Counted from the first letter of the stretch, positions 16,031 to 25,289 are shown. The stretch is 64,000 nucleotides of DNA from an uncultured Anaerolineaceae bacterium (GCA_964475265.1 CAYYVY010000008.1:4485-68484), one strand, 5' to 3'. The notes: generated by a model from the sequence alone, not told the origin. Numbers and translations are program-made.

Positions 16031-16765
16031 ATGAAGAGAGAATCTTCCCGCGTCCCCCTACTTTCAATCGCCATCTTCTGCTTTGTCGTAGGAGCCCTCA
16101 GCGTTCTCATCAACCTATCCAAGCAGGATGATTCACTAGATCGAGCCACGCCTACCGAAAGCCCATCCAATTCAAGCCTGAGAACAGCGCTGATCCTGGG
16201 AGTAGACCGTTTTAATCAACCCGAGCCGCAATTGCTGGCCGTGTGGCTTGCTACGTTTCAGTTTCCCGATAAACAAATCGTTCTCCTCGGGCTTCCCACG
16301 AATTTTCAATCTCCCGAATCCCCCATTCCGCTTGCAAATTTATTTGGCTGGAATCCCGATTCTGGAGTTGAGGGCAGCTTTCTGGCTGCCATCAAACAAT
16401 CCACAGGCAGCGAAATCGAAGTCGTGCTTGTCTTGGACGAAGTCGGCTATGCATCGTTGATCGAATTCCTCGAGGGAATCACGTTGACCGGGAATTACAT
16501 GGATGGACCGACGGTGATCAGCGCTCTGCGGGTATTTTACGACGACCCCCTAATCTCCCTCGAAGCGCAAGCGAAAATCCTGCGCGCCCTCGCCGAACGC
16601 GTGGAGACTTTGGGAGCATCCCCGAACCTTACCTCCCTCTTCAACTTGATCCCAGAGCATGCTTACACATCCGAATCACCTTCGGTCATCGCCGTTACTT
16701 TCGGTTTGTTGCTGCCGTTGCGTTCTGAAGCGATTCGCGTCGAAGAATGGCAGGGACCAAATTGA
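16031..16765 (+). CDS. membrane-anchored LytR-CpsA-Psr (LCP)-like protein, possibly degenerate
   Basis: It has an N-terminal TM (LLSIAIFCFVVGALSVLINL). LCP-like blocks are ALILGVDRF, LLAVWLATF, IVLLGLPTN and VLVLDEVGYASLIEFLEGITL, but the usual RxD and PRD residues are not obvious. I chose the ATG at 16031 over the track start at 15959. Confidence 0.45.
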   Translation: MKRESSRVPLLSIAIFCFVVGALSVLINLSKQDDSLDRATPTESPSNSSLRTALILGVDRFNQPEPQLLAVWLATFQFPDKQIVLLGLPTNFQSPESPIPLANLFGWNPDSGVEGSFLAAIKQSTGSEIEVVLVLDEVGYASLIEFLEGITLTGNYMDGPTVISALRVFYDDPLISLEAQAKILRALAERVETLGASPNLTSLFNLIPEHAYTSESPSVIAVTFGLLLPLRSEAIRVEEWQGPN

Positions 16766-16940
16766 CGAATCAATTCATACTTGATTTTCTTAGCGAGTCC
16801 GTCTATCCTTTATATCGTTATACTGAATATCATCGGACATGATTCCCAGACATACATAGCTTTATGTGGTAAAAAGGTAGTGAAGGAAATCGGAGACGCC
16901 GTTCGATTTCACCGTAGTCCAACTCTCTTTTAAGGAGGAG

Positions 16941-17744
16941 ATGATGAAACGATTTACCCTATTCAGTTTAATCTTGATCGGCAGTCTATTTATCGGAGCC
17001 TGCAAAGCAGGAACGGCGACGGAAGAAATGGCTCCCGCTGAAGGAAACATGAACGATCTCGGTGGGCGCGAAATCCGCGTCGGTGTGGAAAACGCCTACC
17101 CGCCCTTCAACTACATCGACGAAGAGACGAACGAGCCAGGTGGTTGGGACTACGATGCGGTTGATGCCATTTGTGAAGTGATCAATTGCTCGCCCGTTTA
17201 CGTTGAAGCCGCCTGGGATGGCATTTTCGAAGCCACCGCCGCAGGTGAGTACGATGTCGTCGCAGACGGCGTCACGATCACCGCCGAGCGCGATGAGGTT
17301 GTGGATTTCTCCGTGCCCTACATGGTCATCGCACAATACATCGTCGTTCGTTCCGATGAGACCGTTATCGTCGACGAAGCCAGCTTGATTGCCAGCGACG
17401 TCACTGTCGGCACGCAGATCGGCACGACCAACGAAGCTAAGGCGATCGAGATGGTGGGCGAAGACCGCGTTCAGAGCTACGACACCTTCGACCTGCCCAT
17501 TCAGGCGCTCATGTCCGGCGACGTCGGTGCGGTCATCATGGACGAAGAAGCGGCCAAAGGGTTTGTGGAACAGAACCCGGATGAGATCATGCTGCTTTCG
17601 GAACCTGTTACCGGCGCTGAGGAACTCGGTTTCGTCTTCCAGCCGGGAAGCGACCTGGTCGAGCCCTTCAACTATGCCATCGCACAGCTTGAAGCGAATG
17701 GCACCCTCGACACGCTCTACGACAAGTATTGGGGCAAAGAGTAG
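16941..17744 (+). CDS. amino-acid ABC transporter substrate-binding lipoprotein (family 3)
   Basis: It has a lipoprotein signal with lipobox (LIGSLFIGAC) and a polar amino-acid SBP pattern (IRVGVENAYPPFNY, WDGIFEATAAGEYDVVADGVTIT.ER, VDFSVPY). Confidence 0.85.
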   Translation: MMKRFTLFSLILIGSLFIGACKAGTATEEMAPAEGNMNDLGGREIRVGVENAYPPFNYIDEETNEPGGWDYDAVDAICEVINCSPVYVEAAWDGIFEATAAGEYDVVADGVTITAERDEVVDFSVPYMVIAQYIVVRSDETVIVDEASLIASDVTVGTQIGTTNEAKAIEMVGEDRVQSYDTFDLPIQALMSGDVGAVIMDEEAAKGFVEQNPDEIMLLSEPVTGAEELGFVFQPGSDLVEPFNYAIAQLEANGTLDTLYDKYWGKE

Positions 17745-17763
17745 ATACATCGATCAGAAAAAA

Positions 17764-17794
17764 GGGGCCGCGGGCAATCCGCGGCCCCTTTTTT
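17764..17794 (+). terminator. intrinsic terminator / attenuator between the SBP and permease genes
   Basis: GGGGCCGCGG (17764-17773), a GCAAT loop, CCGCGGCCCC (17779-17788), then TTTTTT. An A-run precedes the stem. Confidence 0.8.
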
Positions 17795-17815
17795 CTAGCA
17801 AGCAGGAGGGATTTC

Positions 17816-18769
17816 TTGTCCGTATCCAATCCAATCAATTCAAAAAAGCGTAAAGAACCGGGGATTATGCCCATCTCGACACGTCTAAAGAATCTACCCT
17901 GGTGGGCGCTCTTCTTGTTGTTTCTTGGCGTTCTGCTCATTTATGCAATTATAAATCGTGAGAATTATCGCGACGCTTTTGACTTCATCGCTCCAGGCTT
18001 GCAAGTTACCCTGACGGCCAGTGTGATCGCTTTCACCATCGCCCTTGTGGTTGGTTTGATCATGGGTATGGGACGCATCTCGTCGAATCCCATTACATAC
18101 AACATTGCCACTTTCTACGTCGAAGTCGTGCGCGGCATCCCCATGATCGTAATCATTATCTACGTTGCTTTTGTATTGGTGCCGCTCGTCGTTCAGGGCG
18201 CGAACAGCCTTGGCAATCTAATTCTCGAAACCAGCTGGCTTGCTTTTATCGAAGGTTTGGGCAGTAAACTATCGACTATGGACATCACGCAAATCGATCC
18301 GCTTGTACGTGCCATTTCTGGATTGGCATTTGGTTACGGTGCATATGAAGCGGAAGTATTTCGTGCGGGAATCCAATCCATCGAGCGTGGCCAGATGGAG
18401 GCTGCACGATCGCTCGGCATGAGCTACTTCCAGGCGATGAGGCACGTCATTCTCCCGCAGGCCATCCGCGTGATCCTTCCACCCCTCGGAAACGACCTCA
18501 TCGCCATGCTAAAAGACTCTTCCCTCATCTCGGTTCTCGCCGTTCGCGACTTGACGCAGTTGGGGAAGTTGAATCGTTCACGCACGTTTCGAACCTTCGA
18601 AACATGGAACACGGTTACTTATCTGTACCTCTCCATGACGCTGTTAGGCTCCATGGGTGTGAAGATCCTGGAGAGGCGCTTACAATCCGGAGAAGCCATC
18701 ACGACTTCCATCAACAACGTATTTCGTCAGTTGAGACAAAGCCTGTCTCGGAAACAAGTCATCGATTGA
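17816..18769 (+). CDS. amino-acid ABC transporter permease (HisM/GlnP family)
   Basis: It is multi-TM with the EAA-loop motif [26 protein letters not shown] at 17816 sits 6 nt after AGGAGG (17804-17809); an alternative ATG is at 17867. The track start at 17729 would read through the terminator. Confidence 0.85.
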   Translation: MSVSNPINSKKRKEPGIMPISTRLKNLPWWALFLLFLGVLLIYAIINRENYRDAFDFIAPGLQVTLTASVIAFTIALVVGLIMGMGRISSNPITYNIATFYVEVVRGIPMIVIIIYVAFVLVPLVVQGANSLGNLILETSWLAFIEGLGSKLSTMDITQIDPLVRAISGLAFGYGAYEAEVFRAGIQSIERGQMEAARSLGMSYFQAMRHVILPQAIRVILPPLGNDLIAMLKDSSLISVLAVRDLTQLGKLNRSRTFRTFETWNTVTYLYLSMTLLGSMGVKILERRLQSGEAITTSINNVFRQLRQSLSRKQVID

Positions 18770-18806
18770 AATCAGTCTACCATCGCAGCAAAGGAGTTGC
18801 CGTACG

Positions 18807-19544
18807 TTGAGCGAAAAGATCATCGAATTTCGGAACGTGTCGAAAAGCTTCAAGCACGTCCAAGCCTTGTCGAATATCGACCTCGATGTCAATCGAGGTG
18901 AAGTCGTCTTCATCTTCGGACCGAGTGGCGGTGGAAAATCGACCTTGTTGCGCTGCATCAATCGACTCGAAACCGTCGACGAAGGTGAAATCGTCGTCGA
19001 TGGGATCCGTGTCACGGATGCGAAACCCGATCTGGATAGCCTGCGGGCCGAAGTAGGAATGGTTTTCCAGTTGTTCAATCTCTTTCCACATCTTACCGTA
19101 GTTAACAACATCACATTGGCCCAGGAATTGATCCGCAAGCGCGACCGCCAAGAGGCATACGAAATTGCCACGAACTTGCTCAAACGTGTCGGGCTTCCCG
19201 AGAAGGCGGACGCCTTTCCTGACCAACTCTCGGGAGGACAGAAGCAACGCGTCGCAATTGCTCGTGCGCTCGCCATGAATCCGAAAATCATGCTCTTCGA
19301 TGAACCCACTTCTGCGTTGGACGCTGAGATGATCCGCGAGGTACTCGACGTGATGATGTTGCTGGCCCAGGAAGGAATGACGATGGTCGTCGTTTCCCAC
19401 GAGATGGGATTTGCTAAAGCGGCATCCGATCGAATGGTTTTCCTGGCGGACGGTAAACTCGTTGAAGAAGGCCCAACAGATCAACTCTATGCCCATCCCA
19501 AAGAGGCAAGGACCAAGGCGTTTTTCGACCAAATTCTTTATTAA
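18807..19544 (+). CDS. amino-acid ABC transporter ATP-binding protein (GlnQ-like)
   Basis: Motifs are Walker [11 protein letters not shown]-loop, signature [15 protein letters not shown], Walker [13 protein letters not shown] and H-loop VVSHEM. Confidence 0.93.
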   Translation: MSEKIIEFRNVSKSFKHVQALSNIDLDVNRGEVVFIFGPSGGGKSTLLRCINRLETVDEGEIVVDGIRVTDAKPDLDSLRAEVGMVFQLFNLFPHLTVVNNITLAQELIRKRDRQEAYEIATNLLKRVGLPEKADAFPDQLSGGQKQRVAIARALAMNPKIMLFDEPTSALDAEMIREVLDVMMLLAQEGMTMVVVSHEMGFAKAASDRMVFLADGKLVEEGPTDQLYAHPKEARTKAFFDQILY

Positions 19545-19551
19545 AAAGTAC

Positions 19552-19577
19552 GGGGATGCGAGAATGCATCCCTTTTG
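19552..19577 (+). terminator. intrinsic terminator after the ABC operon
   Basis: GGGATGC (19553-19559), a GAGAAT loop, GCATCCC (19566-19572), then TTTTG. Confidence 0.7.
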
Positions 19578-19581
19578 AGAG

Positions 19582-19663
19582 TGCGCTGGGCGGGGGTCGA
19601 ACCCGCACGCCTTGCGGCACATGGCCCTCAACCATGCCTGTCTGCCAGTTCCAGCACCAGCGC
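19582..19663 (-). tRNA. tRNA-Leu (anticodon GAG)
   Basis: The reverse complement folds as a class II cloverleaf. It has acceptor GCGCTGG/CCAGCGC plus discriminator A, and anticodon stem CATGG/CCATG with loop TTGAGGG. It also has a long variable arm and T arm GCGGG-TTCGACC-CCCGC. CCA is not encoded. Confidence 0.9.
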
Positions 19664-19690
19664 TTGATCGCAATTTTTTAATTCTGCGGT

Positions 19691-19718
19691 ATTATAGCCC
19701 AGGCACGACGGTTGTCAA
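19691..19718 (-). promoter_or_regulatory. consensus sigma-70 promoter for tRNA-Leu
   Basis: On the minus strand: TTGACA (complement of 19713-19718), a 16-nt spacer, then TATAAT (complement of 19691-19696). It lies about 28 nt upstream of the mature tRNA 5-prime end. Confidence 0.7.
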
Positions 19719-19817
19719 CATGTAAGCAGATCGCCGTCCATATCTCTTCCAGGACCAGCATCTATCAGCGTCCAGGAATCGAATTATTACAAGAACACTG
19801 ACTGGAGGGCATTCCCG

Positions 19818-20837
19818 ATGCGAATCGTAGTTGACGCAATGGGCAGTGATAATTATCCTCAACCGGAAATCGACGCTGCAATCCGAGCCGCTGAGCATTG
19901 GGCGGAACCCATCCTTCTGGTCGGTCAGAAAGAACTCCTCCAGCCTTTACTCGATTCTCGTAAGATACCAAGCGAACTCATAGAGGTCATCCATGCACCC
20001 GAGGTGCTCGAAATGACCGATAAGCCTGCCTCTGCGGCGCGCGGCAAATCCACAAATTCTATGGCCGTTGGAATGGACCTGCTGAAAAGCGGCCGGGCAG
20101 ACGCTTTTGTCACTGCTGGAAACACCGGTGGCGCGATGGCCAATGCGCTGTTCCGCATCGGCAGGATTCGTGGTGTAAAACGCCCCGCCGTCACTGGATG
20201 TATTCCCGTCCAAAGCGGTTTCGCCGTCGTGCTCGACATCGGCGCGAATGCGGATTGTAAACCGGAATACCTGCATCAATTCGCCATCATGGGTGTTGTT
20301 TATGCCGAGAAGGTGTTCGGCATCGAGAAACCGAGAGTCGCGCTGCTCTCGAACGGTGAGGAACCAGGGAAAGGCAACATGCTCGTCAAGGAGACATTTC
20401 CAATTCTCGAGGCTTCTGGCCTGAATTTCATCGGTAACGTGGAGCCGAAAGAGGTCTATCGCGGGGATGCCGACGTCGTCGTGACCGACGGTTTTTCTGG
20501 TAACGTGTTCATTAAGACCAGTGAAGCCGTAGCCAGCTTCCTGACCAAGACCATTCGCTCCGAGATCAAGGTGTCCTTTATCTCTTCAATCGGGGGATTG
20601 TTGGCCAAACCCGCCTTCAGCCGGGTAGGAAAGAAGCTCGATTCATCCGAATACGGAGCCGCATTGCTGCTCGGTGTAGATGCACTGGTCTTCATCGGCC
20701 ATGGACGTTCAAACAGTAAAGCGATGTTCAACGCAATCCGCATGGCCAGACAAGCCGTTCAAAATGACGTGCTCAACGCCGTTCGGATGGCAATTCAATC
20801 ACGCCTCGACGTCGTGCGGGACAAGGAGACAGAATGA
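19818..20837 (+). CDS. plsX: phosphate acyltransferase PlsX
   Basis: It has MRIVVDAMGSDNYPQPEIDAAI, FVTAGNTGGAMA and DIGANADCKPE, which is the typical PlsX pattern. GGAGGG lies upstream. Confidence 0.93.
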   Translation: MRIVVDAMGSDNYPQPEIDAAIRAAEHWAEPILLVGQKELLQPLLDSRKIPSELIEVIHAPEVLEMTDKPASAARGKSTNSMAVGMDLLKSGRADAFVTAGNTGGAMANALFRIGRIRGVKRPAVTGCIPVQSGFAVVLDIGANADCKPEYLHQFAIMGVVYAEKVFGIEKPRVALLSNGEEPGKGNMLVKETFPILEASGLNFIGNVEPKEVYRGDADVVVTDGFSGNVFIKTSEAVASFLTKTIRSEIKVSFISSIGGLLAKPAFSRVGKKLDSSEYGAALLLGVDALVFIGHGRSNSKAMFNAIRMARQAVQNDVLNAVRMAIQSRLDVVRDKETE

Positions 20838-22093
20838 GCGCGGATGCCGCTGATCGACGACGCGTGGTAATCACTGGTTTAGGCGTAGTAACGTGTCTTG
20901 GCATGGAGGTTGAGCAATTCTGGCAAGCGCTGCTCAATGGTGAATCCGGCATTCGTCGAATCGATACCTTCGACACTTCCGACCTGCCATGCCAGATCGC
21001 TGGGCAGGTACGGGAATTAGATTCGCACGAATTCATCCCTGTAAAACAGGCACGGCGGATGTCGCGTGTTTCAAGATTTGCTATGGTGGCCGCGCAAAAG
21101 GCAGTCGCCGATTCCAAATTACCTCTGCCGCTGGAGAACCCCGAGCGAGTGGGGGTATATTTCGGCACAGCGATCGGGGGACTGGAACGTGCTGATGAAG
21201 GTCTTCAGCAAATGCGAAGTACGGGATGGAATCGCATCAATCCATTCATCATCCCCTCTGCGCTTCCCAACATGCCTGCATTCCATGTTACATTGCATTA
21301 CGGTGCATTCGGCCCCAATTGCACCTACACCACGGCTTGTGCGACCGGGACGCAATCCGTTGGAGAAGCCGCCCACGCCATTCGCTGCGGCAAGGCAGAT
21401 GTTGTAATCGCAGGCGGCGCAGAAGCCTTGATTGAGCGCTACACTGTCGCTGGGTTCGCGAACATGCGGGCTTTACCTACAAGCTATAATGATGCGCCGG
21501 AACGTGCTTCCCGGCCATTCGACGCCAAGCGTGAAGGTTTTGCTTTTTCCGAAGGCGCCGCATTTCTCATTCTTGAAAGTTTGGAACACGCGCGGGAGCG
21601 AAAAGCAAAAATCTACGCAGAAGTAGCCGGATACGCTTGTTCCAATGACGCCTACCATGTCGCAGCGCCGGACCCCTCTGCGGCCGGCGCTACGCGCACC
21701 ATGGAATGGGCAATCAAAGATGCAGGCATCCAGCCGAAGCAGATCAGCTACATCAACGCCCATGGCACCTCGACGCTCGCCAACGATGCCATGGAGACCA
21801 AGGCGATCAAGAAGTTGTTTGGTGATTACGCCTACCAAATTCCAATATCGTCGACAAAATCTATGATCGGACATGCAATGGGAGGTTCGGGCGCCATCGA
21901 GGCCGCTGTTTGTGCGCTAAGCATCGACCGGGGAAAGATTCACGGAACGCTGAACTATGAGTACCCGGATCCCGAACTCGACCTGGATTACGTAACTGAT
22001 GGAATGCGGGAGATGGACCTCGACTTCGTGCTGTCAAACTCTTTTGGTTTGGGAGGCCAGAATGCATGCATCGTACTCCAGCGCGTGGATTGA
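20834..22093 (+). CDS. fabF: 3-oxoacyl-ACP synthase II (KAS II)
   Basis: It has RVVITGLGVVT, the active-site Cys in TTACATG, and the His pair in INAHGTSTLAND and KSMIGHAMGGSG, ending NSFGLGGQNA. The start overlaps the plsX stop. Confidence 0.92.
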   Translation: MSADAADRRRVVITGLGVVTCLGMEVEQFWQALLNGESGIRRIDTFDTSDLPCQIAGQVRELDSHEFIPVKQARRMSRVSRFAMVAAQKAVADSKLPLPLENPERVGVYFGTAIGGLERADEGLQQMRSTGWNRINPFIIPSALPNMPAFHVTLHYGAFGPNCTYTTACATGTQSVGEAAHAIRCGKADVVIAGGAEALIERYTVAGFANMRALPTSYNDAPERASRPFDAKREGFAFSEGAAFLILESLEHARERKAKIYAEVAGYACSNDAYHVAAPDPSAAGATRTMEWAIKDAGIQPKQISYINAHGTSTLANDAMETKAIKKLFGDYAYQIPISSTKSMIGHAMGGSGAIEAAVCALSIDRGKIHGTLNYEYPDPELDLDYVTDGMREMDLDFVLSNSFGLGGQNACIVLQRVD

Positions 22094-22138
22094 TCTGCCG
22101 GCGTAAAATTGAAACCATGACCAGGAGGCAACCCCTTC

Positions 22139-23431
22139 GTGATGACAAACAGAAACACTCTTGGTAAATCGAATTCAAGCTCAACAGGACGCCGCGTTGT
22201 AATCACCGGCATGGGCATGATCTCGCCTGTTGGACTCAGTAAGGAAGACAGCTGGGCTGCATTTACAGCCGGTAGATCCGGCGTGGTCCGCATCACTTCG
22301 CTGGACGCAAGCAACTATCCATGTCAGATCGCCGGCGAACTCAAGGGTTTTGATCCACTCAATCACATTCCGGCCAAGAAAATTCGCAACATGGCTTCCT
22401 CCAGCCAACTTGCAGTAGCCGTGACAGATGAAGCGCTCGAAGACTCTTTTCTCGATCTGGATCGAATTAACCGTGACGACGTTGCGGTGATCCTCGGTCA
22501 CGCCGGTGGAATGAGCGTCGAAGAAACCGAAAAATCGATCCAGCAGTTGGCCTCGAGCCGTTTGGGACGCTTATCCCCCTTCCAAATCCTGAAGGGATGG
22601 CCGAATAAACCGTCCTACTTTATCGCCGAAAAATATCAATTTCGCGGCTACAACAGCACGGTGACCACAGCCTGCGCCGCAGCCACCCAGGCCATCGGAG
22701 ATGCAATGCGTCTCATTCGCCTAGGGGAATTTGACGTTGCCGTAACCGGCGGCGCGGAATACATGGTTTCCGAAATTGCTCTGGCCGGCTTTTGTGCCAT
22801 GCGGGCCTTGGCAACGAGTTACAACGACGATCCCGCAAAAGCAATGCGGCCGTTCGATGCCGATCGGGAGGGTTTTGTTTCCGCCGGGGGCGCCGGCATC
22901 CTGATACTCGAAGAGTTGGAACACGCACTCGCGCGTGATGCCCGTATCTATGCGGAAGTGCTCGGAGCAGGTGTTTCCAACGATGCCTACCACATGATCA
23001 TACCGGATCCGGAAGGCAGTGGCGCAGCACTCGCGATTCAGCGCTGTCTCACTGATGCCCGCCTGTCGATCGAAGATGTCGACTACATTAACGCGCACGG
23101 AACATCCACCCCCGTTGGGGATATCGCCGAAACGAAAGCGATCAAGAAAGTTTATGGACAAAGAGCCTACGACATACCGGTTAGCTCCACCAAATCCATG
23201 ATCGGGCATATGATGGGAGCTTCGGGCTCCGTCGAAGCGATCGTTTGTGCGCTCTCCATACGCGACGGCATCATCCACCCCACTATCAATTACGAGACAC
23301 CGGATCCCGAGTGCAATCTGGATTATGTGCCCAACAAGGCACGTGAAGCCAAGATCGACGTCGCTATATCCAATTCGTTCGGTCTCGGTGGCCAAAACGC
23401 TTGCCTGGCCTTAGGCCGCTTCGAAGGCTGA
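22139..23431 (+). CDS. 3-oxoacyl-ACP synthase II paralogue
   Basis: It has RVVITGMGMISP, Cys in TTACAAA, the His pair in INAHGTSTPVGD and KSMIGHMMGASG, and NSFGLGGQNA. The catalytic triad is intact. Confidence 0.9.
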   Translation: MMTNRNTLGKSNSSSTGRRVVITGMGMISPVGLSKEDSWAAFTAGRSGVVRITSLDASNYPCQIAGELKGFDPLNHIPAKKIRNMASSSQLAVAVTDEALEDSFLDLDRINRDDVAVILGHAGGMSVEETEKSIQQLASSRLGRLSPFQILKGWPNKPSYFIAEKYQFRGYNSTVTTACAAATQAIGDAMRLIRLGEFDVAVTGGAEYMVSEIALAGFCAMRALATSYNDDPAKAMRPFDADREGFVSAGGAGILILEELEHALARDARIYAEVLGAGVSNDAYHMIIPDPEGSGAALAIQRCLTDARLSIEDVDYINAHGTSTPVGDIAETKAIKKVYGQRAYDIPVSSTKSMIGHMMGASGSVEAIVCALSIRDGIIHPTINYETPDPECNLDYVPNKAREAKIDVAISNSFGLGGQNACLALGRFEG

Positions 23432-23474
23432 TCCTTTGGTGTAAATTGTATTGAGATAATGGCTCTACAAAGAA

Positions 23475-23498
23475 AGCGCCGGGCGATTACCCGGCGCT
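23475..23498. terminator. bidirectional intrinsic terminator between convergent genes
   Basis: AGCGCCGGG (23475-23483), a CGATTA loop, CCCGGCGCT (23490-23498). T-rich tracts follow the stem on both strands. Confidence 0.7.
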
Positions 23499-23522
23499 GT
23501 TGTTTCATCCATCACGCATGAA

Positions 23523-24557
23523 TCACTCACTCAAAAAATCGTCCAGCGCTTCTTTGCTGATGCGATAGGCTTTGCCGATCTTCTTGGCCTTCAAATCACC
23601 TGCTTCGATGGCGGCAATCACGTCCTCTTCGGCGACCTTCAAGTAGGCTGCCGCTTCAGAGGGGGTCATCACATCCGGCACGCTCGCAGCCGCACCACCC
23701 TGTCCCGCTCCAGCATCTCGGCCTCGAATCGCATCTCTCAGCGCGTCACCGATGCCCATCCCGGCGCCGATTCCTGCGGTCAAGCCCGCCCCACCCGAGG
23801 GATTCTGTGCCGCGTCACGCATGGCATCCGCGGCTTGAAGCTGCGTATACGTCGCCATATCGAGCATACCCATGTCCCGCAGCTCTTCTGCGGATTTGTC
23901 CGAAGGCTTGAGGCTCTCGATATAAAAAGACTTCAGAGTCAATCCAAGTGCTTTGAAATCATCCTGAGCCTTGACGCGAACCCCGGCACCGATTTCCTCC
24001 ACCAATCCGATTAACTCCGGAACGGTCTTGGCGCTCGTTGTCTCGCCGAGCAGGTCCTGCAGTTTGGAGAGCAACATGGATCGCAGCCGGCCTTGAATTT
24101 CCTTTGTGGAATAGATACCTGCCGTGCCTACGATCTGCGTCACGAACTGCTGAGCATCAAAGACTTGATAACTGTAAGTGCCGTATCCCTGCAGCAATGC
24201 CACACCCAGTGCCATACCTGGATTGCGAACAAGAATAGGCTGTGGTGTGCCCCACTTTTGGTCCGCAAATTCACGCTTCGATACGAAGTACACTTCCGCC
24301 GTAAACGGGGACCGCCCTTTGAATGCCGTTCCGATCAGATCGATCAACAAGGGTATGTTCGCCGTGCTTATCGTGTGCCGTCCGGCGCTAAAAGAATCCA
24401 ACGCCTTCCCGTCTCGGAAAAACACAGCAGTCTGGGCTTCCCGCACAATGACCTGACTGCCGATACGGAAATCTCCTGCACCGCTCTCTGGGATGCGATG
24501 CACGATTTCTTCACGCATTTCATCCGGATGTTCAACTACGTCGAATATTCGAGCCAT
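23523..24557 (-). CDS. SPFH-superfamily protein (YdjI / COG4260-like) fused to a C-terminal excisionase-type HTH
   Basis: The N-terminus follows the YdjI pattern (VHRIPESG..FRIGSQVIVREAQTAVFFRDGKALDSFSAGRHTISTANIPLL). A Gly/Ala-rich linker follows, then MTPSEAAAYLKVAEEDVIAAIEAGDLKAKKIGKAYRISKEALDDFL (HTH_17-like). Confidence 0.7.
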   Translation of the reverse strand: MARIFDVVEHPDEMREEIVHRIPESGAGDFRIGSQVIVREAQTAVFFRDGKALDSFSAGRHTISTANIPLLIDLIGTAFKGRSPFTAEVYFVSKREFADQKWGTPQPILVRNPGMALGVALLQGYGTYSYQVFDAQQFVTQIVGTAGIYSTKEIQGRLRSMLLSKLQDLLGETTSAKTVPELIGLVEEIGAGVRVKAQDDFKALGLTLKSFYIESLKPSDKSAEELRDMGMLDMATYTQLQAADAMRDAAQNPSGGAGLTAGIGAGMGIGDALRDAIRGRDAGAGQGGAAASVPDVMTPSEAAAYLKVAEEDVIAAIEAGDLKAKKIGKAYRISKEALDDFLSE

Positions 24558-24573
24558 GTCATTCTCTCCTCAT

Positions 24574-25101
24574 CTACTCAAGTTCAGCCGTTTCGAGGAT
24601 GACCTCGTCACGCCGATCATAGGCAGCGATTGCCTGTTGGCAAACGACAACCAGATTGTGAATGGATTCCGGAAGTTCTTCGGTAGCCATCGTGGATGTG
24701 AGACCATCGATGGCAGCGGATACCTCATTCATCCCTTCCAGTAAAGCGAGATCAAATTGGTAGAGTTGATCTAATTCTTCTTGTTTGATGCGAACGGCGT
24801 CGAAGAATCCTGCGTAACCATACGACGCACCGGCGATGCGATCGATAAATCCCCGCAGTTTGACGGCCGCAGACTCGATGTCGTCAACATACTCGAGTTT
24901 TCCTTCGGAGACCAGTTGTTTTTGCAGTTCGGAAATGCGGCTCCACTGCTCCTCGTAGCGTTCTGCGACAGTCTCGCGCAGCATTTTATCGGCATCCCGC
25001 CTTCGTTCCCGATCGTAATACCCAAAAAAGCCTGCAACAAAGTTTTGGATTTTACCGATTAAATCTTTTCCCTCCGTGGCTTTCTCCATGGGATCGCCCA
25101 T
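24574..25101 (-). CDS. hypothetical helical protein (175 aa), co-oriented upstream of the SPFH gene
   Basis: The ORF is separated by a 16-nt gap from the SPFH gene. It looks coiled-coil-like, has no TM and matches no family I recognise. Confidence 0.5.
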   Translation of the reverse strand: MGDPMEKATEGKDLIGKIQNFVAGFFGYYDRERRRDADKMLRETVAERYEEQWSRISELQKQLVSEGKLEYVDDIESAAVKLRGFIDRIAGASYGYAGFFDAVRIKQEELDQLYQFDLALLEGMNEVSAAIDGLTSTMATEELPESIHNLVVVCQQAIAAYDRRDEVILETAELE

Positions 25102-25289
25102 GATTCACTCCTTGTAGCTTTATATATCTTCCAAGCGGTCTGATCAGATTATAGCTTGTACAAGTTCGAGCAGCAACCGAAACCGTCCTATCCTTTATTC
25201 CTAACGCTCTACATCGTACCTCGATGTGGGCATATCACGAGTATAATTTACGCGATTCGGGTGCCGAACTCTATTTGTAGGTTTGCGTA

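Noticed and set aside
16766-16940. A possible riboswitch or T-box leader in the 175-nt region upstream of the amino-acid ABC operon. I made similar checks at 25102-25289, 48617-48768, 58333-58507 and 62917-63153.
   Set aside because: I found no conserved riboswitch core, no T-box sequence and no stable terminator/antiterminator pair by eye. A covariance-model scan (Rfam) would be needed to exclude small RNAs.
16986-17750. Long antisense ORFs mirroring real genes. These include 16986-17750, 18777-19673, 22721-23395, 42569-43408, 12393-13118, 10674-11351, 3601-4170, 26437-27099 and 31965-32609.
   Set aside because: Each overlaps a gene with strong motif evidence on the opposite strand. Their translations are Arg/Gly/Ser-rich with no recognisable motifs. 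Such shadow ORFs are expected in GC-rich DNA.
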